Source of the DNA: Octopus vulgaris
Taxonomy: Eukaryota
Assembly (NCBI GenBank): GCA_951406725.2
Contig: OX597819.1
Location: 101,122,001 to 101,186,000, forward strand
Direction of reading: 5' to 3'
Length of the DNA: 64,000 nucleotides
Shown: positions 1-16,634 of the stretch, piece by piece
Numbering within the stretch: position 1 is the first letter of the stretch
Layout: every line of letters starts with the position of its first letter
Notes under the pieces: model-generated
Told to the model about the DNA's origin: nothing
Seen by the model: only the letters and a program-made list of their open reading frames with translations
Database searches by the model: none
Position numbers and translations under genes: made by a program

Positions 1-124
1 CGCGCCTTGGCGCGCGCTGGGGGCTCGGTCGGCCCCTTTGGGCTTGCGTTGCACTGCTTGTGCGTTGTGTGCGTGAGCGCGCTTCGTGTGTGTGGGCTTG
101 CTTCGGCTGTGCGCTTGCGTATGT

Positions 125-1620
125 TTGCATACATACCCACACACTCGCATGCATCCCTACCCACATACATACACGCACACCTACTCACACACACACATAC
201 ACACACACACATACCCGCACACACACACACATACATACATACACACACATACCCACTTCAAACATACACACACACAGACATACACCCATACACCCACACT
301 CACACGCATACACACACACACATACACACGCACACGTACACATACACACACACACACACCCACATACATACATTACACTTGTATACGCACACACTTACAT
401 TCATACACACACACACCTACACAGCCATACCCTCACTCAGACACACACATCTACCTACACACACACAAACACACACTGACACACACCCATACATAGATAC
501 ATCTACACACTCACGCCTACACACATACATACACACATACATAAACACACACACATACACATACACACACATACGCACACACGCATATACTTATACACAT
601 GCACACACACACACATACATACACCCATATACATACACACACACATACCTACATACTCCTATACGCACATACATACACACAGACATACACACATACACAC
701 TCACACAAACATACACACACACATACTTACACACACACTCACCTGCACGCGCACACACATGCATGACAAACACTCATACACTCACACTCACATACGCACA
801 CACCAACATAAACACGCACACGCACACACACACCTACACTCCCACACACATACACACGCACCTACATACACACACGCACGCATACACACGCATACACACA
901 TACATTACACACGTACACACACACCTACATACACATGCACACACACACACACACAAACATGCACGGACACACCCAGACATACATACATACACCTATATAC
1001 ACACGCCTACACACCTACATACACACACATATACACACGCCCACACAGCTACATACACACACATACATACACACATACACGGACACACCCATACATACTT
1101 ACATACATACACCTATACACACACGCCTACACACCTACACACACACATGCACACACACACACATGTACGCACATACACACACATATACGCACACACATAT
1201 ATACCCACACACATGCACACACACACACATACGCACATACATGCACGCATGCACACGCGCACACCTACACGCATACACACACACACACGCACGTACACAT
1301 ACATACATACACACACGCATACATACACCCATACACATACATGCATCCTACACACACATACATACACACTCACACATACATACACACACACGCACTCACT
1401 CACACACCTGTATGTTCGCGCACACACATGCACATACACACACTTCCCCACACCCACACGTACATACATACACACTCATACACACATACACACACACACA
1501 CACACACGGACATACATCTATGCACACACATATATACACACATACTCACATACATTCATCGGACACACTGCCACCCAGACATACACACAGACACACTCAC
1601 ACATCCACACGCACACATAC
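125..1620 (+). repeat. Degenerate (CA)n/(CATA)n low-complexity tract
   Basis: About 1.5 kb of imperfect CA/TACA repeats; source of the His/Thr-rich ORFs 7..2115, 759..1817 and 935..1918. Confidence 0.95.
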
Positions 1621-2370
1621 GTACGCGCACACTCGCAGGCTCGCGCACACACGCGTTTGCGCCGGTTCGCGCACGCATGCGCCCGCATGCACCTCGCCCT
1701 TGGATCCGACGAGACCTCCCGCCCGTTCCTGGGATGTCGCTTGTCGTTGGGTTTTCCCACGCCCGTCTCCGCGGGACCACTCCTCCATCTTCCCCTCCGC
1801 TGGAGTCCTTTTCCTAAACCCCCCTTTTTTTTTTTCGTTACACACACGCGCACACATATACACACATTGCTTAAACATATACATCACTCTTACACACATT
1901 CAATCTACTCGCCACTAATACTACCACGACACTGGACACACACACACACTACTACTCAACACACGCTGGCACGCTACATACGCCCCCACCCCTTCCCCTC
2001 CCTCCCTTCCTCCTTCCTCCCTTTTCTCACTACTGACCTTTGTCTGCTATGCTGCTGCTATGCTGACCACCGTCTCGCCCTACCTCACACGCCTACACAC
2101 AGACGCACACACTAACACATACATATATTTTTTGTTTTTTTACCTCGCCTCACACACACACATGCACACACGCACACGCACACACTCACACATACACACA
2201 CATCTGTTGCGTTACCAACCTTGTCTCCACTCTTTTGCCTTTAAAAACCCACTTTGCTCTTGTTATCGTAAACATCCGCCTTTCACCATGTGCTTCTGCT
2301 AACACCAGCCGTTTTTTTCTCTATCTCCGTTGCCCGCTCCGGGATCTTTCTTTCCTCTCTCTTCCTTCTT

Positions 2371-2410
2371 TATGTTTCCGACGAAGAGCTCCGCTCGAAA
2401 CGTCATACCT
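2371..2410 (+). ncRNA. Minimal hammerhead-like motif (CCGACGA core) at a PLE-type 3' end
   Basis: CCGACGA(2378-84)-A-GAGC TCC GCTC-GAAA(2397-2400)-CG-TC, then ~90 bp of tail and (TA)n. Helix I is weak. Confidence 0.55.
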
Positions 2411-2494
2411 CCCTGCTTCCATTTCCTGAGCGCCTATTAATAATAATACTGTAATTGTTCCCTTGTTGTTGTTTTTTTGTTTCCCGTTTGGATT

Positions 2495-2541
<47 letters not shown>

Positions 2542-2635
2542 AATTGCAGCGTGGAAGGTGTTTATAAGCCATTTAAGAAACACACAAAAGCCGTTCGATT
2601 CACTTCAACATTTAAGTTTATATATATATATATAT

Positions 2636-3088
<453 letters not shown>

Positions 3089-3723
3089 TAAGAAAAAGCA
3101 GTAAAAGAAATGCCACAATACAGGGAATTGGATGTAACACAAACTGCATCCTCTATTACCAGATACACGTGATTTGCATCTAGTATTGTGGTCACGAAAT
3201 AACTAATATTCTGGGTTGATAAGAAATATTTACAAAAATGATACACCGCTCGCAGAACACGTAAAAGTTATCTTCACTTTAAACGGAAGCTCTGTGGTCA
3301 TAGATGACCATAAAGGAGGATCATCTTTATACGTAAATTCGACGTAAAATGAAAGTGAAGTGAAGAACAAGAGATTATTGGTAACGGAAACGCTAAAGGA
3401 ATTGATAGATGTCGACAATTATCTACGGAAGTCAAATACCAACTTCCTAATGAAGAAAAGAGGTTCAAATTGAGTTTATGTCAGCATGACTTACCAGCCG
3501 ATCGTTCTTTTTCCAAGGAGTCCCAGCCCCTGGTCGTGGACCAATATTGGCCCGTGAACCATTTCATAGTAGATCACAGAAAAAGAACAGCTTTCAAACT
3601 TTTATTTTTATATTACTGACTATTGCAATCTGCAGGGTGTTTTGCATTACATATGTACAATACACATATACGAATATAAATATCAATAAATATGCATACA
3701 TATATACATACACACACACACAT

Positions 3724-3800
<77 letters not shown>

Positions 3801-5061
3801 TATATATACATATATATATTATATATATATATTATATGTTATGTAATGAGCTAATGAAGCTCATTATATAACATTTGTTATTTTCCAATATATATATATA
3901 TATGTGCGTGTGTGTGTATGTATTTATATGGTGGTATATGTATGTATATGGTGATGAAGACAGGTGGTGTAGACAACAAACAGATGTATTAGTTTAATGC
4001 TCGGGATACCACAAGGTACCTTTACAATTAACACACTATACTCTACTTACCGCACAACCAACTTAGGCAGGATTGACGCGCGAAGTTTCTGCGGATAGAA
4101 ATGAATCGATATTATTTCAATAAAACGAGACAAAAAGTGGATGGGACCAAAATGCCTTGTAACAAACTGTCTGATTGGCTGGGTGATAGCTGGAGTCAAC
4201 GGTCAATGTTTTAAAGCTGGTTTTAAACATTAAATCATGAATCCAATGATTTCTAACTTCTATTATATGACAAACATACATCACCAAAAATCCCTTCATG
4301 TTGTGACTAAGATTACGAAAATATAGGCTTGTCGATGGCCCGAGGAATCTAAATTTCAATCAAATTATATAATAAAGAAATTTTGAATTAAAATCTATAT
4401 TTGAAAACATAGCAACAGACAAGATAACTGTGTTGATATATATGCGCAGATATATACTGATATGTGTGTATTTCACTATGTATGCGTATATATATATGTA
4501 CAAGAGTGATATAAGGAGAGCGTGTGTGAGTAAACACATAAATATATATTGCATTTTTGAAAATTTTGGCTATGTACGGGACACAACTCCATACCTTTTT
4601 GTTTCTTTTCGTGGCTGAACTCCGACCACCAATTTGACCTGTTTAAATATAGTCTGGTGCATGCAGTATCATAACACAATATACAGAGTTAGAATAATAG
4701 AAACTGATGCTCTTTTTCGCAAAACTACTGAAATAATGAAATTAGAATAGTGTGAGAGTAGAATGGAGAGAACATACCTATGGGAAATATGTCTTCAAGG
4801 TAAAATGAAAATACGACCTTATCCATAGAGATAACGAAACTTGAAGCAAAACATATTAAAAGCTGAATATTCAATCAAAGTCTCAAAGGATTACAAGATT
4901 AGATTAGAAATTCAGTTCTCTAGACAGAATAGAATATTTCAAAGAGGAATTATATTGAATTCTTACTTTGGAACATGGCCAATATACACACATAAACACA
5001 CATGCAAAAACTCACACACACATATCTACATAAATATGTAGATATAAATACATGTATATAG

Positions 5062-5110
<49 letters not shown>

Positions 5111-5205
5111 AATATATATACATATATTTATGTATGCTCACACACACACATATACATACATATATGTGTGTGTGTGTTAGAGAGAGAAAGGGACAGAGGT
5201 AGAGG

Positions 5206-5272
<67 letters not shown>

Positions 5273-6382
5273 GAGATTGTATGATGTTCATTGCTCTCAC
5301 AAAAAAGTTATTAACGTGCGAAATGAAGATAATTAGCTTCATTCAAAGATCGGATTGGTGGAATCGGCTCTCCAGGAGATTAGCCGTGCTTCTATAACAT
5401 TTTTAATAGTAAATTACCTGATGAAAATTGAATATTTTCATACATTCCTTCAGTAAAGTTAAGATGTCCAGGGAACCAACTGTAGAAATATACACAATCT
5501 CAGCAAGTTGATGGTCAGTTGGAGTGAGAATGAGATTTATATGAGATGGTTGAGTATTACTGGCCCATAATACACAACGGATTTTGTACTAAAATATCTC
5601 TATCATAACATTAGAAAAAATAATTAAAATCGATGTCTTGGAAGTCAAGGAATATGAATTTCAATGGAATTGCATATCTGGCATGAATGAAGCCAAACTT
5701 GCATCAGAAATTGCTTGAAATCCCTCGCGATGTTATAAACAGTCTCGATAACATTAGATATTTGTTAAGCGAAGAAACTTTTCTTTATTTCATATATATA
5801 TATATAAGCAGAAGAAAGATATCTAAAACAACTGTCTATACTAAATATATAATATTCTAACAACGTTCTACAGAGGGCAGATATAACTTAGAATACTCTC
5901 AAACGTCCTCTCAGTTTCCAGTACTAATTGTATTCGACGTAGTTGATATTCAGCTCAAAATGTGGTTGGCTGATGTTTTTAGAAAAGAAACATCAAGAAC
6001 GAAACTCCAGAGAGTTGCAATTCTAAGAAATAAATGATTATGGGAAGTGTTTAATGAAGGGCTGGGAGCGGATGTTAATCTGTATTGAGAATAATGGTAA
6101 TAAAACCATTCAGTGGAATAAGGTTGGTGTGGTATAAGCCGCTATAGTACAATTTAAATAGTAAAAAGAGGTTTTCATCATTAATAACTTAACAGGGCAC
6201 GCGAGTAGCAAAAGGCGAAAAGGATTTGACATGCTACACTTCACAAAACCATGAAGTATATGCCCAGTTATTTGTTCATATTTTTGCCGTCTAAAAGGTA
6301 ATACATATTGGGTTACTTAAGATAATTAAGTAACCCATTATCTTATCGCAGAAATAAAATAATAATAATAATAATAATAATG

Positions 6383-6476
<94 letters not shown>

Positions 6477-6477
<1 letters not shown>

Positions 6478-7442
6478 GAAGGTGAAAATAATGGCAACGA
6501 AAAAAGCGCACGGGCAATTGGCTGATAGGTGGGAGGAGAAACCTCTGCACGGCAAATATGTGACCCGCAGCAAACAAGCTGATGTTGACCAGAAGCAAAC
6601 CCATCAGTGGCTACGGAGCTCAGGGCTAAAAGCAGAGAGCGAAGGTTTCATCCTGGCTGCTCAAGATCAAAGCCTATTAACCCGGAACTACCAGGCCAAT
6701 GTGATGAAAAATGGAGCAGACTCAAAATGCCGATTCTGCAACGACATGATTGAAACAGTGGACCACCTAATCTCTGGATGTAAAGTCTTAGCTCCAGTGG
6801 AGTATAAATTAAGACATGACAGAGTTGGCCAATATCTACACTGGCTAATAAGTCGGCATTACAATATCAAAACTGCCGACAAGTGGTATAATCACCACCC
6901 TGAGGCTGTAACTGAAGGAGAAAATGTAACCATTCTGTGGGACTTTCCAGTACATACAGACCGAACCATCAAGGCCAATAAACCAGATATTGCTGTGAAA
7001 GACCAAAACAATAAAGTTTGCTTATTGATCGACATGAGCATCCCCTGTGATCATAATATCTCAGCGAAAGAGTTTGACAAACTCAGAAAATATAAAGACC
7101 TACTCATTGAAATTGAGAAAATGAGGCATCTCAAGGCGGTTACAATACCAATGATCGTAGGAGCACTAGGAATGATCAAGAAGGGAACCGAAAATTATAT
7201 GAGAATGATCCCTGGCTTACCATCCCTGCAAGAAGTGCAAAAGATTGTCTTAACTGGTACATCACACGTATTGAGAAGAGCATTGTCGATGTGAGAACTG
7301 TTGCTGCTCATGTATTTTAATTTAACTTAAAAAAAAAAAAAATGAACGAACTATTGAGTTTGGTTTAATGGCCTACCAATGTATACTATACCAATGTATA
7401 CCAATGTATACTATGGAAGCAAATTTGAAAGAAGAAAAAAAA

Positions 7443-7443
<1 letters not shown>
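6477..7443 (+). mobile_element. 5'-truncated R4/Dong-like non-LTR retrotransposon (zinc knuckle plus restriction-like endonuclease) inserted in (TAA)n
   Basis: ORF to 7294 with AAQDQ, CRFC..ETVDHLISGC, RHD, ILWD, NKPDI..LIDMSIP..KE..K..KY and GALG; 3' UTR ends A-rich; long (TAA)n on both sides. Confidence 0.92.
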
Positions 7444-7503
<60 letters not shown>

Positions 7504-7513
7504 TGATGATGAT

Positions 7514-7550
<37 letters not shown>

Positions 7551-7559
7551 GTGATATTG

Positions 7560-7644
<85 letters not shown>

Positions 7645-7699
7645 ATGCGCTGGTGTAGTGCCAGGCAGTGGCGCTCATGTATTTTCATATTAACTGATT

Positions 7700-8230
7700 G
7701 GAAATGTTATCATGTACTGCACGTTCTAGAGCAATGTCCGAGAATTGTTAACTTTGAGGTAAGCTCAAGCTGCTGTTGTTGCGTGTAGGATGAATCAAAC
7801 TATAAGCAAGTCCATCGTCACAATTACCCCACTATCCACCTTAACACGGCAGAGCAGGTGGTATTCCTTTGTCTAATGGCTACGCCAAAAGTTGTGTAGT
7901 GGACGCGGCTGAAAGGATTGTGGGAAGACATCTTCCTCTTGGAATAATCCCTCATGAACGTTTTGAAGTTCTACTTAGAAACGAAAATGAGAGTACAAGG
8001 GGAATTGCACTCTACTAATATATTTGTGAAAATGAAGGTGACTTTGGAGAAAATGGTAAGGACTAATGGCCCTATTCTAAGCAGGAGCCTGTAGGTTAAA
8101 AAAAAACAGCGTGGGGATGATTCGTGCTTTTGATGGACAGAGCAATCCTCGGTATATGGAGTTTCTTGATAGGCCCTATTTAGATGTTCCCTTGTAAGAG
8201 GAGGATCAATTCATTTATGTATCAGCATAC
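7700..8230 (+). mobile_element. Degenerate L1/Tx1-like LINE 3' end
   Basis: Broken translation VLHVLEQCP ... WTRLKG ... FYL..KMRV resembles the C-terminus of L1/Tx1 ORF2; many stops and frameshifts. Confidence 0.4.
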
Positions 8231-8448
8231 TTTGTATTCTCTACATAGTTTAATTTCATTTCACCATATTATTCCCTTTCTTTCCACTCACCCTCAACCG
8301 GGTGTTGCGTTGTGTTTTTCAGCAAAGCAGTTCATCTCAGGTTTCTCTGTGATCACTTCATGTGCGCAGATCGTTCAGTAAAAGCTGAACATTCGTATGT
8401 CTTCTTGAAGTGGAGAGTCCATGACCATCATTATTATTATCATCATCA

Positions 8449-8543
<95 letters not shown>

Positions 8544-8559
8544 AATAATATTATTATTA

Positions 8560-8650
<91 letters not shown>

Positions 8651-8652
8651 TA

Positions 8653-8690
<38 letters not shown>

Positions 8691-8726
8691 GATGTTGTTT
8701 ATGTTGCTGTTGTGATTAAGGTTTGA

Positions 8727-8890
8727 CTTGGTAGAATCGGTTGCACGCTGGGAAAAATGCTTAGGGGCATTTCGTCCATCTTTACGTTCTGATTTCAACC
8801 TTTGGGGGTTGAAGAAATAAGTATCTGTTGAGCACTGGGGACGATGTAAATGACTCATTCGAAACCACTCCATATTTCAGGCCTTGTGCC
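8727..8890 (+). mobile_element. tRNA-SINE family B, degenerate copy
   Basis: Homologous to the copies at 39340-39993 (GGTAGAATCG..AAATGCTTAG..TACGTTCTGA). Confidence 0.7.
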
Positions 8891-9152
8891 TATGCTCTGT
8901 TTTACTCTTACTTGTTTCAGTCATTTTACAGCATCCACATCCGATATAAACACTGTAGGCGATTGTCCACTAATAGATGGCAGCACACATTTTGTAAACA
9001 TACATACCATCTTGAGCAAGTTTTGAACCTACATTGAGTGCATTGGAAGCAGGGAGATTTCTAATGCCATTTTGGGGTAAAGAAGGTGCGTTATAGGCCA
9101 TCAAATACGGTATATATATATACATACATATATGTATATACATATATGTGTG

Positions 9153-9186
<34 letters not shown>

Positions 9187-9384
9187 TGTATGTATGTATG
9201 TATGTATGTGTGTATGTGTTTTAGGAATTATATACGTAGACATATATGTATATTATAAAACATGTGTTGAATGAGGATTCGTCCTTTAATTGGAGTAGTT
9301 TCCAAAAGATTTCTAACGTTGATTCTTCATTCCTTAATTAGAATTTAGTGATGTAAAATGGAGTAGATATGAAAAGTTATGTAA

Positions 9385-9820
9385 GTATATTAAGTATGTG
9401 ATTTAAGGTATAGAACGAAGTTCAACCAATTCAATCATAAATGGATGGAAATTAGATGTTAATATAAGATAAAATATTTATTCAATTCGCTAGACGATCG
9501 TTTCACACAGAAAGACAATATAAAGGTGGACTTTAGAATTACATAAGTATTGTGTTCTTTCTAATTAAAGATTAGTAAGAACAGAATACCAGGTTTTTCT
9601 TTATTAAGTTCTTATTTTTACTTATTGTGCTATTGAGGAGTACTTTTTGACAACTCAGATTCTTAAAATGAACTTAGTGTCTTCCAGTACGAAACGATCG
9701 CCTAGCGAAATGAATAAGTATTTTATCCCATATTAACATCTAACCTCCTCCATTTGAGAAAGACATGATAGAATTTATCGAACTTTGTTCTATAACTTAA
9801 ATCATATGCTTAATATACTC
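9385..9820. mobile_element. Old fold-back PLE-derived element with a degenerate long-loop hammerhead (9629-9706, +)
   Basis: Diverged inverted arms ~9385-9520 and ~9675-9820, then (TA)n. Motif GCTA/TTGAGGA/GTAC..43 nt..GTAC/GAAA/CGATCG/CC/TAGC; the left arm keeps TC at the cut site. Confidence 0.7.
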
Positions 9821-10409
9821 ATATATATATATATTATATATATGTAAGAGGTAATGGTGTCATTGAGACCCAACCAAAGGTGTCAGATAATGCTGAATAA
9901 GTGCTATAGACAGACCATAGCTAAGTTCTAGGTTCGGTGATTTTGCGAATAAGGGGTTCAACGTTGGTCATATGTCCGCGTGTGTATATAAGAAGTTTTT
10001 GCGTAATATGATAAAAAAACCAAGGCTGTGTAGATATTAGAACATTTATAACACACACACACACAGATATGTACGAATGTATGTATGTGTAGATGTGAGT
10101 GTGTTCTTGTATCTGTGTTTGTTCCCCACAATCGTTTGATAAAATGTGCTGATGTGTTTACGTCACTGCAAGGCAGCGGATCGGTGAAAGAGGCCGATAG
10201 AATTAGTACGAGGCATAAAATAGTATGTAAGAACTGGAGTCGATTCATTCGCTTAAGGAGAAATTCTTCAAGTCTGAGACCCAGCTTTGTGCTATCTAAT
10301 GACTGAAAGCAACTAAAAAAAATCATGAAATCAAAGACAGACAGACAGACACACACACACACACACATATATATGTCGGTATCTTTGTAAGTATACATGT
10401 ATATATATG

Positions 10410-10770
10410 GTAATTCAACTCCGTCTGTCACGAATGGCCATGAGTGCACCTAAGAGATTCCCCTCCGGTGTAAAAGTCTGGGCGGAATGTAGCCTCACCG
10501 GCGAACGCACAACCTATGTTTGTTTTTATGGAAGACATTTTGCACCATGCATACAAGCCTCTTTCTTCACGCTACCGACGTTATCCAAGGGAAAGGCTAA
10601 GGTCGATAGAGCTTGGTACCTGTGACGTCGCAACTCATTTCTACAGGTGAGTGAACTGGAGCAACGTGAAATAAAGCTCAAGAACACAAAACACAGCTCT
10701 GTCCTAGAATCGATCTCACAACCTCATGATCATATACTCGATGCTGTGACCACTGAGCCATGCACCTTCA
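10410..10770 (-). mobile_element. tRNA-SINE family C (related copies 42842-43127 and 63385-63680, both minus)
   Basis: Minus-strand head GAAGGTGCATGGCTCAGTGGT..TCGATTC with pol III A/B-box-like motifs; GAGCAACGTGAAATAAAG body shared with the 63.6-kb copy. Confidence 0.65.
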
Positions 10771-10876
10771 TGTGTGTATATATATATGTGTGTATATATA
10801 TATATATATAGTTATTAATAATGTATATTTTATATACAAACACAAACACATAGACGCACACATATATATATATATA

Positions 10877-10942
<66 letters not shown>

Positions 10943-12595
10943 GGTCCACATTAGGTTTTCTGGTTAAGTAACTCGCTTTCCACGTGAATTGGGGCCCAGT
11001 CTCATTGTGCGACACCTTAGGTAAGTATTTTCTACTATAGTGCCGAGACGAACAATGTATATGAATGAATTTGGTAGATGAAAATAGTGTTGAAGGCCGT
11101 CATATATGTACGTGCAGACGTTTGCATTTATGAAAAATGTTCAGTGTGTCAGCATTGAAACACGTCAATTATATAAATACGTAATTTAGCAAAAATATTT
11201 CTTCTGAGTCGATATCTTCACAAAGATGTCAAAACACTAGTAACTATACCGGTGTGTATCTGAGTGCGTGCGTTTGTGTGTGTGTGTGTGTGTTTCAGTT
11301 TCTGTGTGTGTGTGTGTGATATGTATGTATATGTGTATTTATATGTGGCATATATACGTATATAAATTTGCTTTATAGCTGCTATATTATGAAATAAATT
11401 TTGACGTGAAGCGAATTTATTTTCCAATGAAGGATACGAAAAAAGATATTAAAAAATGTATCGTTGTCTGCATATAGCAAAGACAGAATCATAGATAATT
11501 TTCATACAAAAGATATGGTTAACATGATGCGTACACGCACACTTACCTGTGACTGTGAAAGTGCATACATTCATATATATAACGAGCGAGAGAGAGAGAT
11601 GCTTACTCACATATGTATGTATATATATATTTGTGTGTGTGTGTATAGGGAGAGACAGAGACAGAAAGACAGAAAGAATGAATGAGATGGAGAGAGTGAG
11701 AAACAAAGTGAGAGAGAGAGAGAGAATTGTTGAAAGGCAGACACTCACATATATAAGAAATGATCTGACATTAATACAGAGAAATAGGCAGAATATAGAG
11801 ATAGTGTAATTCAGCCATTTTTTTTATATTCTAGTTATATATTTATTAATGTCTCTCTTTCTCTCAGTCTCCCCCGCCACTCCCTCTCTCTCAAAATACA
11901 TATACATAGATTTATAAAAAAGTATAAATAATCTATAAAAGCATAGATATATGTCGTATCAGTGATTCCCTATGAGAATTGAATACGAATATGCTTAAGC
12001 AAAATATTGATTTATGCCGTGTGAAATATTGGCAGAAAGATGAAAAGCACGCACTGTCAGGCAATATATTATATGCCTATACATATGTGTGCGTGTTTGT
12101 GTGTGTGTGTGAATGAGTGCGTGCGTGAGCATGTGTTCATATATATATTTATACATATATATATATTCATATATATATGTATGTATATATACATACATAA
12201 TGTTGAAAGGAGCTGTAGGGAAAGATAATGGGAAATACAAAGATTTATAGATATCTCTACATGGAGAGACAAACATTGACAGATGAAAAGAAAAGGAGAG
12301 CGATAAATTGTTAAATATATTTAGAAGGTAAAAAAAACTGTATGAGGAGAAGGAAATATGATATAATGTTAAACATATATAATGGCGTGTAACTGTGCGT
12401 AAGTGATATATAAATAGGAAGAATAGAAGGAAGGCAAATACATACAAATATAGAGACAAGGCGATTTCAAGAAAAGGGGAGAGACTTAGAAAACGCCATA
12501 GGTTGCAAATACACAATGCACCTACACATACGAACACATACATAATATACATTTTATCACATATGTCTGTGTACGTGTCTGTTTCTATATACATC

Positions 12596-12695
<100 letters not shown>

Positions 12696-12701
12696 ATATA
12701 T

Positions 12702-12745
<44 letters not shown>

Positions 12746-12770
12746 TATACACATATATGTATATATATAT

Positions 12771-12856
<86 letters not shown>

Positions 12857-12859
12857 TCA

Positions 12860-12892
<33 letters not shown>

Positions 12893-13679
12893 TATACACA
12901 TATATGTATGCATATGTATATTATGTATATATATATATATATATATATGCATGTTTGTATATGGATAATATACATATGTACATATGTGGTGTAGTATATA
13001 ACTGTGTATGTGTATGTGTATGCAACTCGCAGTGAGTGTGCCTCTGTGTGTGTCAGTATGTATTTATACATCAGCATATGTATATGTGCGTGATCATATT
13101 CTTGTTCTTGCAGAGAAATGAATGTACGAATTGCAAAGAGGCGATCAAACTCTCAGAGCAAACAGTTGCAGTAGAACGAAAGCAAAAGAAAACACGACAA
13201 AAAACAACAACAACAACAACAACAACAAGAACAAAAATAAAATCCAACAAAAAAAAAATGTTTTAAATGCCATGAATATTAACACTTTAGTCGATTTATT
13301 TATATAGCTTCAAATTCAAACTTATCTCTGTCATTATGAATGTCAAATCAGAGATGACACGCAACGCTACGTCTTCGTGACTTCAGCACGATATATTTTA
13401 TCATTTCAAGTACGCTTTTAAAATACCGTTTTTCATATTAGCGCTCTGCACTCCATCTTTTCTTTTTTTTTCCCTTTCTCTCTCATTCTATTTCAACATC
13501 ACTTTCTCAGTCTCCCTTTCCCTGACTAAATCACTTCTTGTATCCCTCTTTTGTCAAATCCAAATTCAGTATTTATTAAACGATAAAGATGTGTTAATAA
13601 ATATATTACATATTTAGAGCCAAAAGAACTTTATAGTAATCTATTGATTTGTGAGAGAGTAAATTATTATTGTTATTGC

Positions 13680-13748
<69 letters not shown>

Positions 13749-14133
13749 CATCATCATTATTGTTGTTGTTGCTATTATTGTTGTTGTTGTTGTTGTTATT
13801 GTTATTATTATTATTATCATCTTCACATGTTATCATTTTGTGTGCATATGTCTGCAGTTATTATAGATTTCTGTGTTCTGTTTTTTTTATGAAGATAGAC
13901 ACAGAGTTATTGTGAATGTGTATACAGATGTATTGTATTGTTAATGTATTGAGAGCAACAAGACGGAAATGATGAAGAAAGGAATAAAACAATTTTCAGA
14001 GTCATTTTTCAAAAATATTTTGTATTGTGTCAAAAAGCCAGCAATATTATTTAAGAAATAAATGAATATATATATATATAAATGCGTGTGCATGTACATA
14101 ACGTATCTGTGTATATAGGTATATTTGCATGTA

Positions 14134-14187
<54 letters not shown>

Positions 14188-14344
14188 CATTATATATAGC
14201 TACAGACAGAAAGAAAGAGCGAGAGAGTGATTAGCAGTGGCAGACTGAGATATATTGTGTCTGTTGTCATACGTGTATGTATGCGTCCACGTGTGATTAT
14301 GCGGATTGTATCATGTATGATTTTGTGTATTTGTGCTTGATGCA

Positions 14345-14394
<50 letters not shown>

Positions 14395-14527
14395 CTTTTT
14401 TTGTTCATGTACGCGAGTTTAACAGGCGCGCATATAAAAGCGATCAATTACCCTCTTGTTCTCCCCTTCACTCTAAATATGATTTAGTATATTTATATAT
14501 GTACGTATATATATATATATACACACG

Positions 14528-14579
<52 letters not shown>

Positions 14580-15049
14580 TGCATACATATACACATACAC
14601 ATATATGTATAAGCATGTATAAATGCGTTTATATATATATGCATGTGAATATGTGATAGCGTATCAGCGTATGTGTCTCTGTGTTATTATATACACATAT
14701 CTCTATTCATAAAGCCATATTGCCTGAGCTACTTACTAACTGAAGACACCTATTATAGTTTCCGGAATGGCATCGATTTTTATTATATTTCACAATACTA
14801 AATATATTCCCCATTTTTCTAAAATCATGTTATCGGAAGTTGCTTTTTCTTTCTACATGTTTTTCTTTTTATATTCCTTTATTTTTTCTTTTTCTGTTTT
14901 TGGTTGTTTTGTTTTTTTTTTTTGTATGTGTCTTTCCATTTCCTATATTCATTTTCTTTTTATTATATATTTTTGTTATATTTGAACGTCTTTCTTTCGT
15001 TTCTGCAATGTAATTTGTTCTATTTGAATCGCATCTTCTATCATTATGC

Positions 15050-15149
<100 letters not shown>

Positions 15150-15401
15150 GTATGTATATATATATGTAGGCATGTGTGTATGATACACACACACATATAT
15201 ATGCCTACGCACACATATATGTATAATATATGAATATATATATACATACTTATATATCTAAATATACATATGTATATATATTCTTATATATGTATATATA
15301 TTTATATTACATATATATTTTATTTATACATACATACATACATATTTATATACATACATCATGAATGCCTGAAAGACAATGCTGGTTTTCGATGATTCTT
15401 T

Positions 15402-15520
<119 letters not shown>

Positions 15521-16634
15521 AACAAAGAAGGCTATGAACTTTTTGACATTTCCTTGGAGACCAATGCCTGGGCTGAGACTAATGATCTCGTGGGGTTATC
15601 TGTCTTGGATGCCCTCAAGACGCGCACACGTTCACTCAGGTTGAGTCTTTTACATGGACGAGACATGGCATTCTCAAGCTATATGACCTGCAATGACAAG
15701 GACTATTTTTAGGAATGTCCTGATAGAAATAATTCAAAGAATTGACCCTGTCCATTACAGTTACCACCATGTTGACCCTTATTCTCTTCCTAGACCTCAC
15801 GGTAGACCTGAATTTGGGTTGGCCTTCTTGTAAGGGTAGAAGATCTAATTACCCTTATTCTAACCGATGTAATTAGAATCTTACTTTCAGGTGTTAGTAG
15901 AAAAATACCTATGCTTTCCATCAATACGCAAACTTTCCAGAGGACATCCTACTGCAACTTTGAGAAATTGGCTTCGAATTGACCTTTCGAGTAGTCAGCA
16001 TATGTAGAAGGACCCCAACCTCATTACCCGCACTCGAAGAGTGCCACAAAGATGAAGATGTTCTGATTAAACCCCTCCATTTAACCTAGAATCTTCCACC
16101 AACGTAGCTAGGAGTTTCTTATCGTTTATTAAGAAGAATTTCCTCAAGAACCATAAATAATGTAAGAGATTTCAAAACACATAACGTATAGGTAAGCTAA
16201 TACTGCTAAGACAACATCGCTTCTAACATTGCACGCTAAAACACACGCAAATATGTATCCGCACAACTCCTGCCTGTAATTTCTGAAACCCTCAAGGAAG
16301 ATATTGCCTCTCGAAAGCTGTAGTCTATACGCACACACACACACACGCACATACAGACATACAAACAACTTTATGTCACCAGCTATCCGTCCGACCATGA
16401 AATTTTTTTTAATGCATTTCGTATTACTGGAATATCGATATCATTTCATATAATAGGTTTGATTAAATGATATTATGTATAATATATTCATAGTTTATCG
16501 GTAGATGTGACTGCGTGGAAAGTAGTTCGCTTCCCAACAACATGGCTTTAGGGTTTCGTTCCAGTGTGTGAAATCTTGGGAAAGTGTCGACAAAATTATT
16601 TACTGAATTTGATGTGCACTCTCTACTTTTTTAG

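Noticed and set aside
7-2115. 702-aa His/Thr-rich ORF and overlapping ORFs
   Set aside because: Translation of degenerate (CA)n, which lacks stops in all frames; the region also looks like low-quality consensus.
11120-11172. Further hammerhead-like strings (also ~19100-19155 and ~61345-61385)
   Set aside because: Only a stem plus GAAA-palindrome or only a core is present; too degenerate to support.
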